Shown: one piece after another, positions 9,845 to 24,400 of the stretch
Numbering within the stretch: position 1 is the first letter of the stretch
Layout of the letters: each line of letters opens with the position of its first letter
Translations under genes and position numbers: made by a program
Assembly: GCA_031425975.1 (NCBI GenBank)
Contig: JANPKL010000064.1
Span: 1 to 54,675, forward strand
From: Sphingomonas sp.
Lineage (GTDB): Bacteria; Pseudomonadota; Alphaproteobacteria; Sphingomonadales; Sphingomonadaceae
DNA length: 54,675 bases
Direction: 5' to 3'
Notes under the pieces: generated by a model
Database searches by the model: none
Told to the model about the DNA's origin: nothing
Seen by the model: the letters and a program-made list of their open reading frames with translations, nothing else

Positions 9845-10824
9845 TTCCGCCCGCCAACGCCCCCGCCTTCCTTGCCGCCGCTGGTTGGCCCGGTGCGCGG
9901 ATCGAGCCGCTAGCCGGCGATGCGAGCTTTCGCCGCTATTTCCGGGTCCACGGTAGCCAGGGCCAGGCGGTGCTGATGGACGCGCCCCCGCCGCATGAGG
10001 ATCCGCGACCGTTCGTCGCGGTCGCCGAATGGCTGACGGGCAAGGGACTGAGCGCCCCCGATATCCTTGCCCGCGACCTCGAGGCGGGACTTCTGCTGCT
10101 GGGCGATTTCGGCGATTGCCGGCTGCGCGAGACGCTCGACGACGACCCTTCGCGCGAAGGCGAGCTTTATGCGCTGGCGGTCGACCTGCTGGGCGAATTA
10201 CACCGGCACCCGCCGATGCCGGGGCTGAAAGCACACGGGCTCGACGAATGGCTGGCCGAGCTTGACCTGTTCCCCGAATGGTATGCGCCGGCGGTAGGCA
10301 TGGAGGTCGATCGCGCAGGCTATCGCGCCGCTTGGCGTGAGGTGCTGGCGCCGATCGCGAACGACGGTCTTGCCCCGGTCACCGTGCTGCGCGACTTCCA
10401 TGCCGAGAATATCATGCTGGTCGGCGGGCGCAGCGGGGTCGCGCACCTTGGCCTGCTCGACTTCCAGGATGCGCTGGCCGGGCACCCCGCCTATGATCTT
10501 GCCTCGGTGCTGGAGGATGCGCGGCGCGACGTCTCGCCAACCATCGAGCGCGCGATGATCGATCGCTACCTCGCCACCATCGCCGAGCGCGAGGTCTTCG
10601 AGCGCGCTTATTGGGCGCTTGCGGCGCAGCGCAACACGCGCATCCTCGGGGTGTTCTGCCGGCTGTGGAAGCGCGACGGCAAGCTCGGCTATCGGCGTTT
10701 CCAGCCGCGCATGTGGGGCCTGCTCGAACGCGACCTGGTCGCGCCCGGCCTTGCCCCGGTCAGGGCCTGGTTCGACGCCAATGTGCCGGCCGCCGCCCGC
10801 GCCGCCGCATGGGTAGCGGCGTGA
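9841..10824 (+). CDS. amgK: Anomeric MurNAc/GlcNAc kinase (APH-like phosphotransferase)
   Basis: LAGDASFRRYFR, RDFHAENIM, LDFQDA. Located between tsaE and the nucleotidyltransferase. Confidence 0.88.
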   Translation: MIPPANAPAFLAAAGWPGARIEPLAGDASFRRYFRVHGSQGQAVLMDAPPPHEDPRPFVAVAEWLTGKGLSAPDILARDLEAGLLLLGDFGDCRLRETLDDDPSREGELYALAVDLLGELHRHPPMPGLKAHGLDEWLAELDLFPEWYAPAVGMEVDRAGYRAAWREVLAPIANDGLAPVTVLRDFHAENIMLVGGRSGVAHLGLLDFQDALAGHPAYDLASVLEDARRDVSPTIERAMIDRYLATIAEREVFERAYWALAAQRNTRILGVFCRLWKRDGKLGYRRFQPRMWGLLERDLVAPGLAPVRAWFDANVPAAARAAAWVAA

Positions 10825-11588
10825 CCGAGCTCAAGGTCCGCCGCGCGCTGCGCCTTCGTCCCGACATTCCCGCTGCGGTCCCGCGCACCGCGATGGTCAT
10901 GGCGGCGGGGCTCGGCAAGCGCATGCGCCCGCTGACCGCCACCCGGCCCAAGCCGTTGGTCGAGGTGGCCGGCAAGGCGTTGCTCGACCATGTCCTCGAC
11001 CGGCTTCGCGCCGCCGGGGTCAGCCGCGTGGTGGTCAACGTTCATTACCTCGCCGATTCTCTCGAAGCGCATCTGGCCGCGCGGCACACCGACCTCGATG
11101 TCGTGATCAGCGACGAGCGCGAGTTGCTGCTGGAGACGGGCGGCGGCCTCGTCCGGGCGCGGCCGCTCATCGATTGCGACCCGTTCCTGGCGATCAACAG
11201 CGACAATTTCTGGGTCGACGGGCCGAGCGACACGGTCAAATTGCTCGCCAGCCAATGGGACGCCAAGCGCATGGACGCGCTGCTGCTGCTCGTCCCGCTG
11301 GCCCGCGCGGGCAATCACAATGGCGTCGGCGATTTCCACCTCGACCGCGACGGACGGGTCCGCCGCCGCGCCAAGAGCCGGGTCGCGCCGTTCGTCTACA
11401 CGGGTATCCAGCTGATGGCGCAGCGCCTGCTCGACGATGCGCCCGAGGGGCCTTTCTCGACCAACGTCCTGTGGGACAAGGCGATCGCCGCCGACCGCTG
11501 CTTCGGCGTGGTCCACCAGGGCCTGTGGTTCGATGTCGGCACGCCGGGTGCGATCCGCGCCACCGAGGATGCGCTTGCCCGCGACTGA
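10821..11588 (+). CDS. murU: MurNAc-alpha-1-phosphate uridylyltransferase
   Basis: AAGLGKRMRPLT..PKPL, LETGGG, WFDVGT. GTG start overlaps the amgK stop. Confidence 0.85.
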   Translation: MTELKVRRALRLRPDIPAAVPRTAMVMAAGLGKRMRPLTATRPKPLVEVAGKALLDHVLDRLRAAGVSRVVVNVHYLADSLEAHLAARHTDLDVVISDERELLLETGGGLVRARPLIDCDPFLAINSDNFWVDGPSDTVKLLASQWDAKRMDALLLLVPLARAGNHNGVGDFHLDRDGRVRRRAKSRVAPFVYTGIQLMAQRLLDDAPEGPFSTNVLWDKAIAADRCFGVVHQGLWFDVGTPGAIRATEDALARD

Positions 11589-14481
11589 GCAGCGCCGCCC
11601 GGCGGTCTTTTCGATCCCGGCCGAAGCGAGCTTCGCCGACGCACTCGCGGCCGAACTTGTTCGCCGGCACGCCGGCGATCCGCTCGGCCTCGCCAGCGGG
11701 CGGATCCTCCTGCCCAACGCCCGAGCGGTGCGTACACTAACCGAGGCCTTCGTCCGGGTGAGCAGCGACGGCCTGCTGCTGCCCCGGCTGATCCCCGTCG
11801 GCGACCCGGCGCTCGACGACCGCATCGGCGGCGCATTCGAGCAACCGGGCGGCGCGCCGATTCCGCCCGCGGTCGATCCGCTGACCCGCCGCGCCGAGCT
11901 AGCGCTCGCCATCCAGGCGCGACAGGAGACCGGGCCGGCCGAATGTTGGCGGCTGGCGGGCGAATTGGCGCGCACGCTGGACCAGTTGCTGGTGGAAGAA
12001 GTGCCAGTGGCTTCGGTGCGCGCGCTCGAGCCCGAGGACGCCGAGCTTGCCGAGCACCATGCCCGCGCGCTGCACTCGCTCGGCATCCTGCTCGACGACT
12101 GGCCGCTGCGGCTGGCCGCGCTCGGGCGGATCGACCTTGCCGATCGCCGCAACCGGCTGCTTCGTGCGACCGCGCGGCGGTGGAAAGCCAATCCGCCGGC
12201 CGGCTTCACCATCGCCGCTGGGATCACCACCGCCGCGCCCGCCATCGCCGAGCTTCTGGCGGTCATCGCGCGCATGCCCGACGGCGCGGTCATCCTTCCC
12301 GGCCTTGCGCCCGCGGCGCACCTGCCCGAGGACCAGTGGCAGGCGCTGGGCCTCGAAGGTGAGGACGGGCCACGCCCCGAGCCGACCCACCCGCAATATC
12401 ATCTGAAATTGCTGCTTGAGCGGATCAGCGTCAACCGCGCCGAGGTCGTTCCGTGGCCGACCAAGCCCGACCGTGCTCTCGTCAGGCGCAGCTGCGTGGC
12501 CGCGCGCGCCCTTACCGCCGCCGCCTTCAGTCACGAATGGAGCGAGTTATCGTTTCGCGAGCGCAGCCTCGCCGGGGTGCGCCTCGCCATCCTGCCCGAT
12601 CCCGCCGCCGAGGCCATGGCCATCGCGCTGGCCTTGCGCGAAGCGATCCAGACCCCCGGTCGGCGCGCCGCCCTGGTCACCCCAGACCGGATGCTTGCCC
12701 GCCGGGTTGCGGCGCAGCTGAAGCGCTGGGGGATCGTCGCCGACGACAGCGCCGGTACGCCGCTGTCGATGATGCCGCCCGGCAGCCTGCTGCTTGGAAT
12801 GATCGAGGCTGCCGCAGAGCACTTGTCACCGGTCGCCTTGCTCGGCCTGCTCGGCCATCCGCTGGTCGGCGAGGGCGAGGCGCGCGGTCCGTTGCGGGAC
12901 GATGTCCGGACGCTCGACCTCGCGCTGCGCGGCCCGCGGCCTCCCGCTGGAATCGAGGGGCTCGACCGGGCGATCGCTGCCACCCGCACCAAGGGCGCGG
13001 CCGAGGCTTGGGAGCGTCTGCGCCCATTGGCGGGGGCGGTCGCAGAGCTGCTCGAGGGCCCTCTGACGCTCGCCACGCTTGCCGCGCGCCTGCGCGAAAC
13101 CGCCAACTTGCTGGCTGGCGACAAATTGTGGAGCGGGCCTGCCGGACGCGCCGCCGCCGAACTGCTCGCCGAGCTGGAATCATCCCCCGGCTGCGCCCAA
13201 TTCGCCTTGCGCGAAGAGGATGCAGCGCCACTGCTGCGCGACCTGCTGGAGGGCCAGGCGATCCGCCCGCCCTTCGGCCAGCATCCCCGCGTTCAGATCC
13301 TCGGCCTCTTGGAAGCACGGCTGCTGCGGACCGACCTGATGGTGCTGGGGGGGCTGAACGAGGGCAGCTGGCCCGCGACGCCGATCCCCGATCCGTGGCT
13401 TGCTCCGCAAATCCGCCGGGCGCTCGGATTGCCGGGCAGCGAGACCCGGATCGGGCTTGCCGCGCATGATTTCGCCGGGCTCCTCTGTGCGCCCGAAGTG
13501 CTGCTGACGCGGTCGCGCCGCGATGCCCGCTCGCCGACCATCGGCTCGCGGCTGTTGCTGCGGCTCCAGGCGCTGACCGGCGGGCTGCCGCGCCACCGCC
13601 GGCTCGAGCGGCTGGCGCTCGCGCTCGACGAGCCTGTCGGTCCCGAGACTCCCGCCAATCGCCCACGCCCGCGCCCGCCCGCTGACGAGCGCCCGCGGCT
13701 GATCCGGGTAACCGACCTCGACCGGCTCAAGGCCGACCCCTATTCCTTTTACGCCCGGGCGATGCTCAAGCTGATGCCGCTGTCGCCGCTTGGTGCCGAG
13801 CAGGATGCGGCGTGGCGCGGGATCCTCGTCCATCGCCTGTTCGAAACCTGGTATGAGGAGGACCAATGCGCGCCCGCGCAATTGCTTCCGCGCGCCCGCA
13901 CATTGCTGGAAGCGGACGACATCCATCCGCTGCTGCGCAGCCTGTGGGGGCCGCGGCTGCTCGACGCGATCGCGCGGCTGGCGCAGATCGAGACCGACAA
14001 TCAGGCTGCCGGGCGGCGTCCCGCCGGGGCCGAGGTCGACGGAAAGACGGAAATCGCGGGCATTCGCCTGATCGGCCGTGCGGATCGCATCGACCGGTTG
14101 GCTGACGGCAGCCTCGCCATCCTCGACTATAAGAGCGGGAATCCGCCCGCCAGGAAGCAAGTCGAGGCGGGGTTCGCGCTGCAATTGGGGCTGCTCGGGC
14201 TGATTGCCGACGCTGGCGGGTTCGAGGGGATGAAGGGCCGATCCAGTGCGCTCGAATATTGGTCGCTCGCCAAGGAAGCCAAGGGCGACAAGCGCGGTTT
14301 CGTACAGAAAATGCCCGATCCCGGTGGGCTGCTCGACGCGGCGCAGGAGCATTTCTGCACCGCTGCGGCGCGCTGGCTGACGGGGAACGATCCCTTCACC
14401 GCCAAGCTCCAGCCGCGCTTTGCGGTCGGCAGCGATTACGATCAGCTGATGCGGCTCGAGGAGTGGCTCGGCCGCGACTGA
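11575..14481 (+). CDS. addB: Double-strand break repair protein AddB
   Basis: ALVTPDR, DDSAG, GGLNEGSWP and nuclease motif GRADRID..ILDYKSG. Start is TTG 11575 or ATG 11569. Confidence 0.93.
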   Translation: MPATEQRRPAVFSIPAEASFADALAAELVRRHAGDPLGLASGRILLPNARAVRTLTEAFVRVSSDGLLLPRLIPVGDPALDDRIGGAFEQPGGAPIPPAVDPLTRRAELALAIQARQETGPAECWRLAGELARTLDQLLVEEVPVASVRALEPEDAELAEHHARALHSLGILLDDWPLRLAALGRIDLADRRNRLLRATARRWKANPPAGFTIAAGITTAAPAIAELLAVIARMPDGAVILPGLAPAAHLPEDQWQALGLEGEDGPRPEPTHPQYHLKLLLERISVNRAEVVPWPTKPDRALVRRSCVAARALTAAAFSHEWSELSFRERSLAGVRLAILPDPAAEAMAIALALREAIQTPGRRAALVTPDRMLARRVAAQLKRWGIVADDSAGTPLSMMPPGSLLLGMIEAAAEHLSPVALLGLLGHPLVGEGEARGPLRDDVRTLDLALRGPRPPAGIEGLDRAIAATRTKGAAEAWERLRPLAGAVAELLEGPLTLATLAARLRETANLLAGDKLWSGPAGRAAAELLAELESSPGCAQFALREEDAAPLLRDLLEGQAIRPPFGQHPRVQILGLLEARLLRTDLMVLGGLNEGSWPATPIPDPWLAPQIRRALGLPGSETRIGLAAHDFAGLLCAPEVLLTRSRRDARSPTIGSRLLLRLQALTGGLPRHRRLERLALALDEPVGPETPANRPRPRPPADERPRLIRVTDLDRLKADPYSFYARAMLKLMPLSPLGAEQDAAWRGILVHRLFETWYEEDQCAPAQLLPRARTLLEADDIHPLLRSLWGPRLLDAIARLAQIETDNQAAGRRPAGAEVDGKTEIAGIRLIGRADRIDRLADGSLAILDYKSGNPPARKQVEAGFALQLGLLGLIADAGGFEGMKGRSSALEYWSLAKEAKGDKRGFVQKMPDPGGLLDAAQEHFCTAAARWLTGNDPFTAKLQPRFAVGSDYDQLMRLEEWLGRD

Positions 14482-14485
14482 GGGC

Positions 14486-14629
14486 TTATTTCTTCTTCTT
14501 GGGCCCCGAGCGCGCGTAGAGCAAAGCTGCCACGATCGCCGCCGAGCCGATCCCCACCGCGACCCCTGCCTTGAATTTGCGATCGGGCGCGGAAGGCTTG
14601 GGTTCGTTCTTTTTCGGCGCTTCGGTCAC
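14486..14629 (-). CDS. Small single-TM protein (47 aa), not in ORF track
   Basis: MTEAPKKNEPKPSAPDRKFKAGVAVGIGSAAIVAALLYARSGPKKKK. GAGGA RBS before the GTG; fills the addB-addA gap. Confidence 0.7.
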   Translation of the reverse strand: MTEAPKKNEPKPSAPDRKFKAGVAVGIGSAAIVAALLYARSGPKKKK

Positions 14630-14708
14630 TGTCAGGTTCCTCATGTCGGCTTTGCCGGGCTCATAAACCGATGGCGGCGGGGGAGGGAAGCGTTAAGAGC
14701 GGTGAGCC

Positions 14709-17700
14709 ATGTCGCGAATGACCATCTTGAAGGCGCTGCAGGCCGATCAGGCCGAGGCCGCCGATCCGGCGATCCATGCCGCGTTGTCGGCCAGCGCGGG
14801 GACGGGCAAGACGCAGGTACTGACCGCGCGCGTGCTGCGGCTACTGCTCGGCGGGGCAGGGCCCGAGACGATCCTGTGCCTGACCTTCACCAAGGCCGCA
14901 GCGGCGGAGATGGCGGAGCGGGTCGGGGGCAGGCTGGCACGCTGGGTGCGGCTCGACGATCGCCTGCTGACCGCCGAGCTCGGCGCGCTCGGGCTAACCT
15001 CGACCCCGGCGCTACTGGCCCGCGCCCGCGCCCTGTTCGCGACCGTGCTCGACTGTCCCGGCGGCCTGCGGATCCAGACTATCCACAGTTTCTGCCAGAC
15101 AATCCTCGCCGCATTCCCGGCCGAAGCGGGGATCACGCCCGGCTTCCGCCCGATCGAGGGCCGCGAGGAGGAGGCGCTGGTCGAGCGAACGCTCGCTGCA
15201 CTGGCCGAGCAATCGGCGGCGGGCGACGGGGCGTTCCTCGCCGACCTCGAAATCCTCGCCGGGCGACTCGATGAGCGGGCGGTGGTCGGCTATCTGCGCC
15301 GCTGCGCGGGTGCACGCGAGGTCATGGCGGCGTTCCGAAATCCGGACGCGGTCGAGCCGGGGCTGCGGAAGCAGCTCGACCTCCCAGAGGGCGACATTGC
15401 AGCCTTGGTCGCGGAACGGTGCCACGACGACAGATTCGACTGCGGCGCGCTGCAGCAATTGGCGGCGGCGTATCGCGCCTGGGGCAAGTCATCGGGAGAG
15501 CCGGTTATTGCCGGGATCGAACAATGGCTCGCGCTCGATCACGAGGTGCGTTGCCGAAATCTCGAGATTTTTGCAAAGGCCACGGTGCTGACCGGGACGG
15601 CTTCGCGCCGATCGGTCCGGTATATTATCAAGCATTGGCCCGACGCGCAGGAAGAAACCGATCGGCTGTGTGAGGAAGTCGAGGAACTGCTCGGCCTGCT
15701 TCGCTCCGACGCCCTTCTCCGGCTGATGGCGGCGGGGCTGCGCGCGGGTTCGCGCTTTGCCGAGGCATATGCGCGCGCCAAACGCGCCGCGGGGGTGGCC
15801 GATTTCAACGACCTAATCCGCTGGACCCGCGACCTCTTCGCGCAAGGCGGGATCGCGGCCTGGGTGCGCTACAAGCTCGACCGGCGAACCGATCATTTGC
15901 TGGTCGACGAGGCGCAGGATACCAACGCCGCGCAATGGGCGATCGTCGAGGCGTTGGCGGAGGAATATTTCGCCGGCGACGGGGCGGGCCCGGAAGGCCG
16001 AACTTTGTTCATGGTCGGCGATTTCAAGCAGGCGATCTACGGTTTCCAGGGCACCGACCCAGCTGAGTTCGAGGCGGCGCTGGGCCGCTTCCGGGCCAAG
16101 GCGGAGGACGGTGAGCGGCCACTGCTCGACCTGTCGATCAGCCGCAGCTTCCGTTCGTCGCAAACCATATTGGACCTGGTCGACTGGGTGCTGGAGGATC
16201 TCGGGCCCGCGCAGATCGGGCTGCCATCGCCCGCGCCGCGTCACATCGCCTTCCACGCCGACCGCTTCGGCACGGTCGAACATTGGCCCGCATTCGCCCT
16301 GCCTGACGCCGAGGAGAGTGACGGCGACGTGGCCGAGGAGGCGTGGGAAAAGGAGAACAAGCGCGAATATGCCAGGCAGCTGGCCGACTGGATCGCCGCC
16401 GAGCTTCGCCGCGCGCCATTGCTCGCCGCGACCGGACGGCCACTGACGGCGGGCGATATCCTGATCCTGGTTCGCAGCCGCGCCAACGGCATCGCCGCCT
16501 TGCTGGTCGCACGGCTGTTCGAACGCGGGGTGCGTACGGCGGGGATCGACCGGCTGATCCTGTCGGAGCCGCTGGCGGTGCAGGATCTGCTCGCGGCCAT
16601 GGCCTTTGCGGTTCAGCCGCTCGACGATCTGACCCTGGCGTCGCTGCTGGTCTCGCCGCTGGTCGGCTTCAACCAGGACGATCTCTACGAAGTGGCGGGC
16701 AATGGCCGGGGGCGGCCCTTGTGGATCGAACTCAAGTCCCGCGCCGACGACAATGCCTTGTTCCGCAATGCCCGCGACGCGTTGCAGAGCCTGCTCGACA
16801 TGGCCGATTATGGCGGGCCGCACGACTTCCTCGAGACGATCCTGTCCGGCCCGCTCGATGGACGGCGCAAGCTGATGACGCGGCTTGGGCGGGCGGCGCG
16901 CGACCCGATCAACGAACTGGTCGCCGCCGCGCTGCAGTTCGAGGCGACCGAGACCGCTTCGCTGCAGCATTTCCTCGCCTGGTTCCGGCGCGGCGAGGTA
17001 GAGATCAAGCGCGATCCCGAGGGGCGCGGCAATGCGGTGCGGATCATGACCGTGCACGGCGCCAAGGGGCTGGAGGCACCGCTGGTGATCCTGGCCGACG
17101 CGACCACCAATCCCAAGGATCTGGGCGGCATCCGCTCCAGCCTTGACGTGCCCGGCCCGGACGGCGGCTTTCCGGTCCTGCGGCCGCGCAAGGCCGAGCT
17201 TTGCCCGCCCTTCGACGGCATCGTCGCCGACGAGGAAGCACGCGACCTGCGCGAACATTTCCGCCTGGGCTATGTCGCCATGACCCGCGCCGCCGAACGA
17301 TTGATCGTTGCGGGAATTCAACCCATGAAGGGCATTTCGGACGATAGCTGGCATGCCCGCGTCGGTGCTGCACTCGAAGGGCATGGCGTCGCCGAGGACG
17401 CCGAGGGCAAGCGCATCCTCAGCGGTGGCGACCCGCCCGAGGCTCGGCCCGCGCGCATCGTCCGCGTCCTCGCATTACCGACCATTCCGACCTGGGCCCG
17501 CCAGCCCGCACCGCAGGAGGAGCGCCCGCCGCGCCCGCTCGCGCCCTCCCAGATGGTGGGCGACAGTGACGCCATGCCGCCACCAGGCCCCGAATTGCAC
17601 GCCGCGGCTGAGCGCGGACGCCTGCTTCACGCCCTGTTCGAGCGGCTGCCCGCGACCCGCCCGGCCGAGCGCCGCGCCGCCGCGCTCGAATGGCTGGCAC

Positions 17701-18128
17701 GCGGGGCAGGGGTGGCCGATGCGGCCGAGCGGCTCGCGCTGGTAGACGCCGCCCTGCTGATCGTCGAGGCGCCCGATTATGCCGATCTGTTCGCCGACGA
17801 CGCGCTGACCGAAGCCCCGCTCGCGGCGACCCTGCCCGATGGCAATGTCGTCACCGGCACCGTCGACCGGCTGCGGGTTACGGCAGAACGGATCCAGCTG
17901 CTCGATTTCAAGACCGGCAGCCGGGTGCCGCGCGATGCGGCAGCCGTGCCCGAAAGCCACCGCCGCCAGATGGCTGCTTATGGCGCGGCGTTGCGGGTGA
18001 TCTTCCCCGATCGCCCGGTCGAGGTCGCGCTCCTATATACGGCCGGACCACGGCTGATCCGACTGGCGCTTGAGGATGTCGGCCAGGCGACCCATATGGC
18101 CTCAAACCCGAATCAGGAGCGATCATGA
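14709..18128 (+). CDS. addA: Double-strand break repair helicase/nuclease AddA
   Basis: [51 protein letters not shown] and DFKTG. Confidence 0.96.
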   Translation: MSRMTILKALQADQAEAADPAIHAALSASAGTGKTQVLTARVLRLLLGGAGPETILCLTFTKAAAAEMAERVGGRLARWVRLDDRLLTAELGALGLTSTPALLARARALFATVLDCPGGLRIQTIHSFCQTILAAFPAEAGITPGFRPIEGREEEALVERTLAALAEQSAAGDGAFLADLEILAGRLDERAVVGYLRRCAGAREVMAAFRNPDAVEPGLRKQLDLPEGDIAALVAERCHDDRFDCGALQQLAAAYRAWGKSSGEPVIAGIEQWLALDHEVRCRNLEIFAKATVLTGTASRRSVRYIIKHWPDAQEETDRLCEEVEELLGLLRSDALLRLMAAGLRAGSRFAEAYARAKRAAGVADFNDLIRWTRDLFAQGGIAAWVRYKLDRRTDHLLVDEAQDTNAAQWAIVEALAEEYFAGDGAGPEGRTLFMVGDFKQAIYGFQGTDPAEFEAALGRFRAKAEDGERPLLDLSISRSFRSSQTILDLVDWVLEDLGPAQIGLPSPAPRHIAFHADRFGTVEHWPAFALPDAEESDGDVAEEAWEKENKREYARQLADWIAAELRRAPLLAATGRPLTAGDILILVRSRANGIAALLVARLFERGVRTAGIDRLILSEPLAVQDLLAAMAFAVQPLDDLTLASLLVSPLVGFNQDDLYEVAGNGRGRPLWIELKSRADDNALFRNARDALQSLLDMADYGGPHDFLETILSGPLDGRRKLMTRLGRAARDPINELVAAALQFEATETASLQHFLAWFRRGEVEIKRDPEGRGNAVRIMTVHGAKGLEAPLVILADATTNPKDLGGIRSSLDVPGPDGGFPVLRPRKAELCPPFDGIVADEEARDLREHFRLGYVAMTRAAERLIVAGIQPMKGISDDSWHARVGAALEGHGVAEDAEGKRILSGGDPPEARPARIVRVLALPTIPTWARQPAPQEERPPRPLAPSQMVGDSDAMPPPGPELHAAAERGRLLHALFERLPATRPAERRAAALEWLARGAGVADAAERLALVDAALLIVEAPDYADLFADDALTEAPLAATLPDGNVVTGTVDRLRVTAERIQLLDFKTGSRVPRDAAAVPESHRRQMAAYGAALRVIFPDRPVEVALLYTAGPRLIRLALEDVGQATHMASNPNQERS

Positions 18129-18442
18129 CCAAGTCCGTCACCGACCAGAGCTTCGCCGCCGACGTCCTCGAAGCCGACAAGCCGGTGCTGGTCGATTTCT
18201 GGGCCGAATGGTGCGGCCCGTGCAAGATGATCGCCCCGGCGCTCGACGAACTCAGCCAGTCGATGGCCGACCGACTGACCATCACCAAGCTCAACATCGA
18301 CGAAAACCCCGACACGCCGACCAAATATGGGGTGCGCGGCATTCCGACCATGCTGCTGTTCAAGAATGGCGAGATCGTCGCCCAGAAGGTCGGCGCCCTG
18401 CCCAAGAGCCAGCTGGCGGCGTGGATCGAAGGCGCTCTGTAA
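18125..18442 (+). CDS. trxA: Thioredoxin
   Basis: WCGPC motif, 105 aa. Confidence 0.98.
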   Translation: MTKSVTDQSFAADVLEADKPVLVDFWAEWCGPCKMIAPALDELSQSMADRLTITKLNIDENPDTPTKYGVRGIPTMLLFKNGEIVAQKVGALPKSQLAAWIEGAL

Positions 18443-18445
18443 ACT

Positions 18446-18555
18446 TCCTCCCCACAGCGTCGGAAGGTGGCAGCGCGCAGCGCTGACGGAGGGGGCTTGG
18501 CAAGCGGTCAAGCCCGCCCGGTGCCGGCGGCACCTGCCCTCCACAGGGTGGAGGA
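18446..18555. repeat. REP-like palindromic intergenic element (family A)
   Basis: TCCTCC...GGAGGA termini and internal CAGCGCGCAGCGCTG hairpin. Similar to 30974..31093. Confidence 0.7.
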
Positions 18556-18569
18556 CGAAGGCGAAGTCG

Positions 18570-18598
18570 TTGACTAGCCACCCCCCCGAACCTACATC
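18570..18598 (+). promoter_or_regulatory. Putative sigma70 promoter of secA
   Basis: TTGACT-N17-TACATC. Confidence 0.65.
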
Positions 18599-18667
18599 GC
18601 CCGGCTCTTGAGCACGCTCGCGCGCGGGCGCGTTTCTTCATGTCCTGCGCGTCACCAAGGAAGTTTC

Positions 18668-21388
<2,721 letters not shown>

Positions 21389-21408
21389 ATTCCGACGGAG
21401 CCCTCCTT

Positions 21409-21497
21409 CGTCATTCGCGAGTACGGGAATCCATCTCCCGAGGTTGGCGCGCGTGAAGATGGCAGGAGATGGGCTCCCGCGTGCGCGGGAGGTGACG
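21409..21497. repeat. REP-like palindromic element (family B)
   Basis: CGTCA...TGACG termini, inner CCATCTCC/GGAGATGG, arm hairpin CTCCCGCG-TG-CGCGGGAG. Confidence 0.75.
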
Positions 21498-21499
21498 AG

Positions 21500-24400
21500 A
21501 TGAACCTTTTGACCAGTGTCGGTACCGCTCCCCTCGACCGCACCGCCGTCCGCCGCGACACCCGCCGCGACGAGGAGCAGGTCGTCGTCGAGCGTATAGA
21601 GCAGGCCCGGCTCGGCCCGGTTGCGGAGCGCGAGGGGCAGGCGATCGCCCGCTTGTTGGTCACCCACGTCCGCGGCGCCAGGCCTGCCGGGCTCGACGCC
21701 TTCCTCCACGCTTATGACTTGGGGTCGGAGGAGGGCGTGGCGCTGATGTGCCTGGCCGAGGCGTTGCTCCGCATCCCCGACGCGCGCACCGCCGACGAGC
21801 TGATCCACGACAAATTATCCGGTCCCGACTGGTCGGACAAATTGGGCGACAGCCATTCGCCGTTCGTCAACGCCGCGACCTTTTCGCTGCTGATGACCGG
21901 CAAGGTGCTTGATGGCGCCAAGGATCGCTCGGCCAGCTGGAGCGGGGCGCTGGGCCGGGCGGTAGGACGACTGGGTGAGCCCGTCATCCGCACCGCGGTC
22001 GGCCAGGCGATGAAGATTTTGGGCGGGCAATTCGTGTTCGGCCGGTCGATCGACGAAGCGCTCGAACGTGCTGCCCCGGAACGCAATCGCGGGCTCAGCC
22101 ACAGCTTCGATATGCTGGGCGAGGCCGCTCGGACGATGGCCGACGCCGACCGCTATGCCGAGGCCTACCGCGGCGCAATTCGCCGGATTGCCAGTGAGGC
22201 CGGGGAAGGGGTCGTTCGCTCCCCCGGCATATCGGTCAAATTGTCCGCGCTCCACCCGCGCTACGAGGCGCTTCACGCGGCCGAGGCCACCGCGCATATT
22301 CTGCCGATCTTGCGCGAGCTCGCGGGCATGGCGGCAGCGGCCGACGTGCATCTCACCATCGATGCCGAGGAATCCGATCGGCTCGAGCTGCAGATGGACT
22401 TGCTTGAGGCTCTGGTTGCCGACGACAGCCTTTTCGAACGCGGCTGGACCGGGCTCGGCATCGCGCTCCAGGCTTATGCCAAGCGCGCCCTGCCGCTGAC
22501 CCAGTGGGTGATCGACCTTGCCCGGACGCACGGGCGCACGCTGATGGTGCGCCTGGTGAAGGGCGCTTATTGGGATAGCGAGATCAAGGCCGCGCAGGTT
22601 GGCGGCTATGAGGATTATCCGGTCTTCACCCGCAAGGTCGCGACCGATGTTTCGTACCTAGCCTGCGCTCGGCTGCTGTTGGGCGCGAGCGATTGCATCT
22701 ACCCCGCCTTCGCGACGCATAACGCTACCAGCATCGGGGCAATCAAGGCGCTGGCCGCCGGGCCGTTCGAGTTTCAGCGTCTCCACGGCATGGGCGAAGG
22801 CTTGTACGAAGGGCTGGCGAAGCTGGAGGCTGAGCTGGGCCAGCTGCAGACCCCGGTGCGCATCTATGCGCCGGTCGGCAGCCATAAGGAATTGCTCGCC
22901 TATCTGGTCCGCCGCCTGCTCGAGAACGGGGCGAACAGCTCTTTCGTCAACCGCATCGCCGATGCCGATATCGGCCTTGAGGAACTGACCCGCGACCCGG
23001 TCGCGCAGCTCGAAGCGCTGCAACCGCGGCGCAACCCGGCCATTGCCTTGCCCGGCGACCTGTTCGGTCGCGCCCGGCGCAACAGCAGCGGCTGCGACCT
23101 GACCGATCCGGCGGTGCGCGAACCCTTGCTGCGCCGCTTGGCAGCGCTGGAGGGCAAAAGCTGGTCGGCCGGGTCAGGCAATGGTCCGCGCCAGTCGATC
23201 ACCGCCCCGTTCGACCGCGCGCACGTGATTGGCGAAGCGATCGAGACCAGTCCGGTCGCCCTCGACGCGATGTTACGCCGCGCCGCAGCCGCGCAGCCCG
23301 CCTGGGATGCATTCGGCGGCGAGGGGCGCGGCGAAGTGCTCGATCGCGCCGCCGACCTGTTCGAGGAGCAGCGCGAGGCGCTTTATTCGCTCTGCATCCG
23401 CGAGGCGGGCAAGACCCTTCCCGATGCGGTTCTGGAAGTGCGCGAGGCGGTCGATTTCCTGCGCTTCTATGCCTCCGAGGCCCGCCGTCTGGCCCGGCCG
23501 ACCGCGCTTCCCGGACCCACCGGCGAGATCAACGAGCTGCGCCATCATGGCCGCGGCACCTGGGCCTGCATCTCGCCGTGGAATTTCCCGCTCGCCATCT
23601 TCATCGGCCCGGTCGCCGCCGCCCTGGCCGCGGGCAATGCGGCGATTGCCAAGCCGGCCGAGCAGACCCCACTGATCGGCGCACTGGCCGTCGAACTCAT
23701 GCATTGCGCGGGCATCCCCGTAGATTTGCTCGGCCTGGCGGTCGGAGACGGCAAGCTCGGCGCGGCGCTGACCGCGCATCCGCTGATCTCCGGGGTCGCC
23801 TTCACGGGATCGACCGCCGTCGCCCGCGCGATCAACCGCAGCTTGGCCGCGCGCGAAGGGCCGATCTTGCCCCTGATCGCCGAGACCGGCGGGCAGAATG
23901 CGATGATCGTCGACAGCTCGGCCCTGCCCGAGCAAGTCACCCGCGACGTTATCGCCTCCTCCTTCCAGTCGGCCGGCCAGCGTTGCTCGGCGCTGCGCGT
24001 GCTGTTCGTGCAGGAAGATGTTGCCGATACCATACTGGCGATGATCGCGGGCGCGATGGAGGCGCTGGTGATCGGCGATCCGCGCGACCCCGCGACCGAT
24101 GTGGGCCCGGTGATCGACGACGAGGCCAAGGCCGCGCTCGACGCGTATGTCGCGGAGCTCCGTGCCGCCGGGCAGATCGTCGCCGAACGCAGCTTGCCCG
24201 CCAATGGTGGCAGCTTCGTCGCCCCGGTGATTGCCGAATTACCGAGCCTAGCTGCGCTGAAGGACGAGCATTTCGGCCCAATCCTCCATGTCATCCGCTG
24301 GAAATCGGGCCAGCTCGACGCCGTCATCGACCAAATCAACGCCACCGGCTTCGGCCTCACCCTAGGAGTGCAGAGCCGGATCGACAATGTCCACGCTCAT

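Noticed and set aside
18446-18555. Palindromic repeats as a CRISPR array or IS ends
   Set aside because: They are dispersed, have no regular spacers, and no cas or transposase genes are present.
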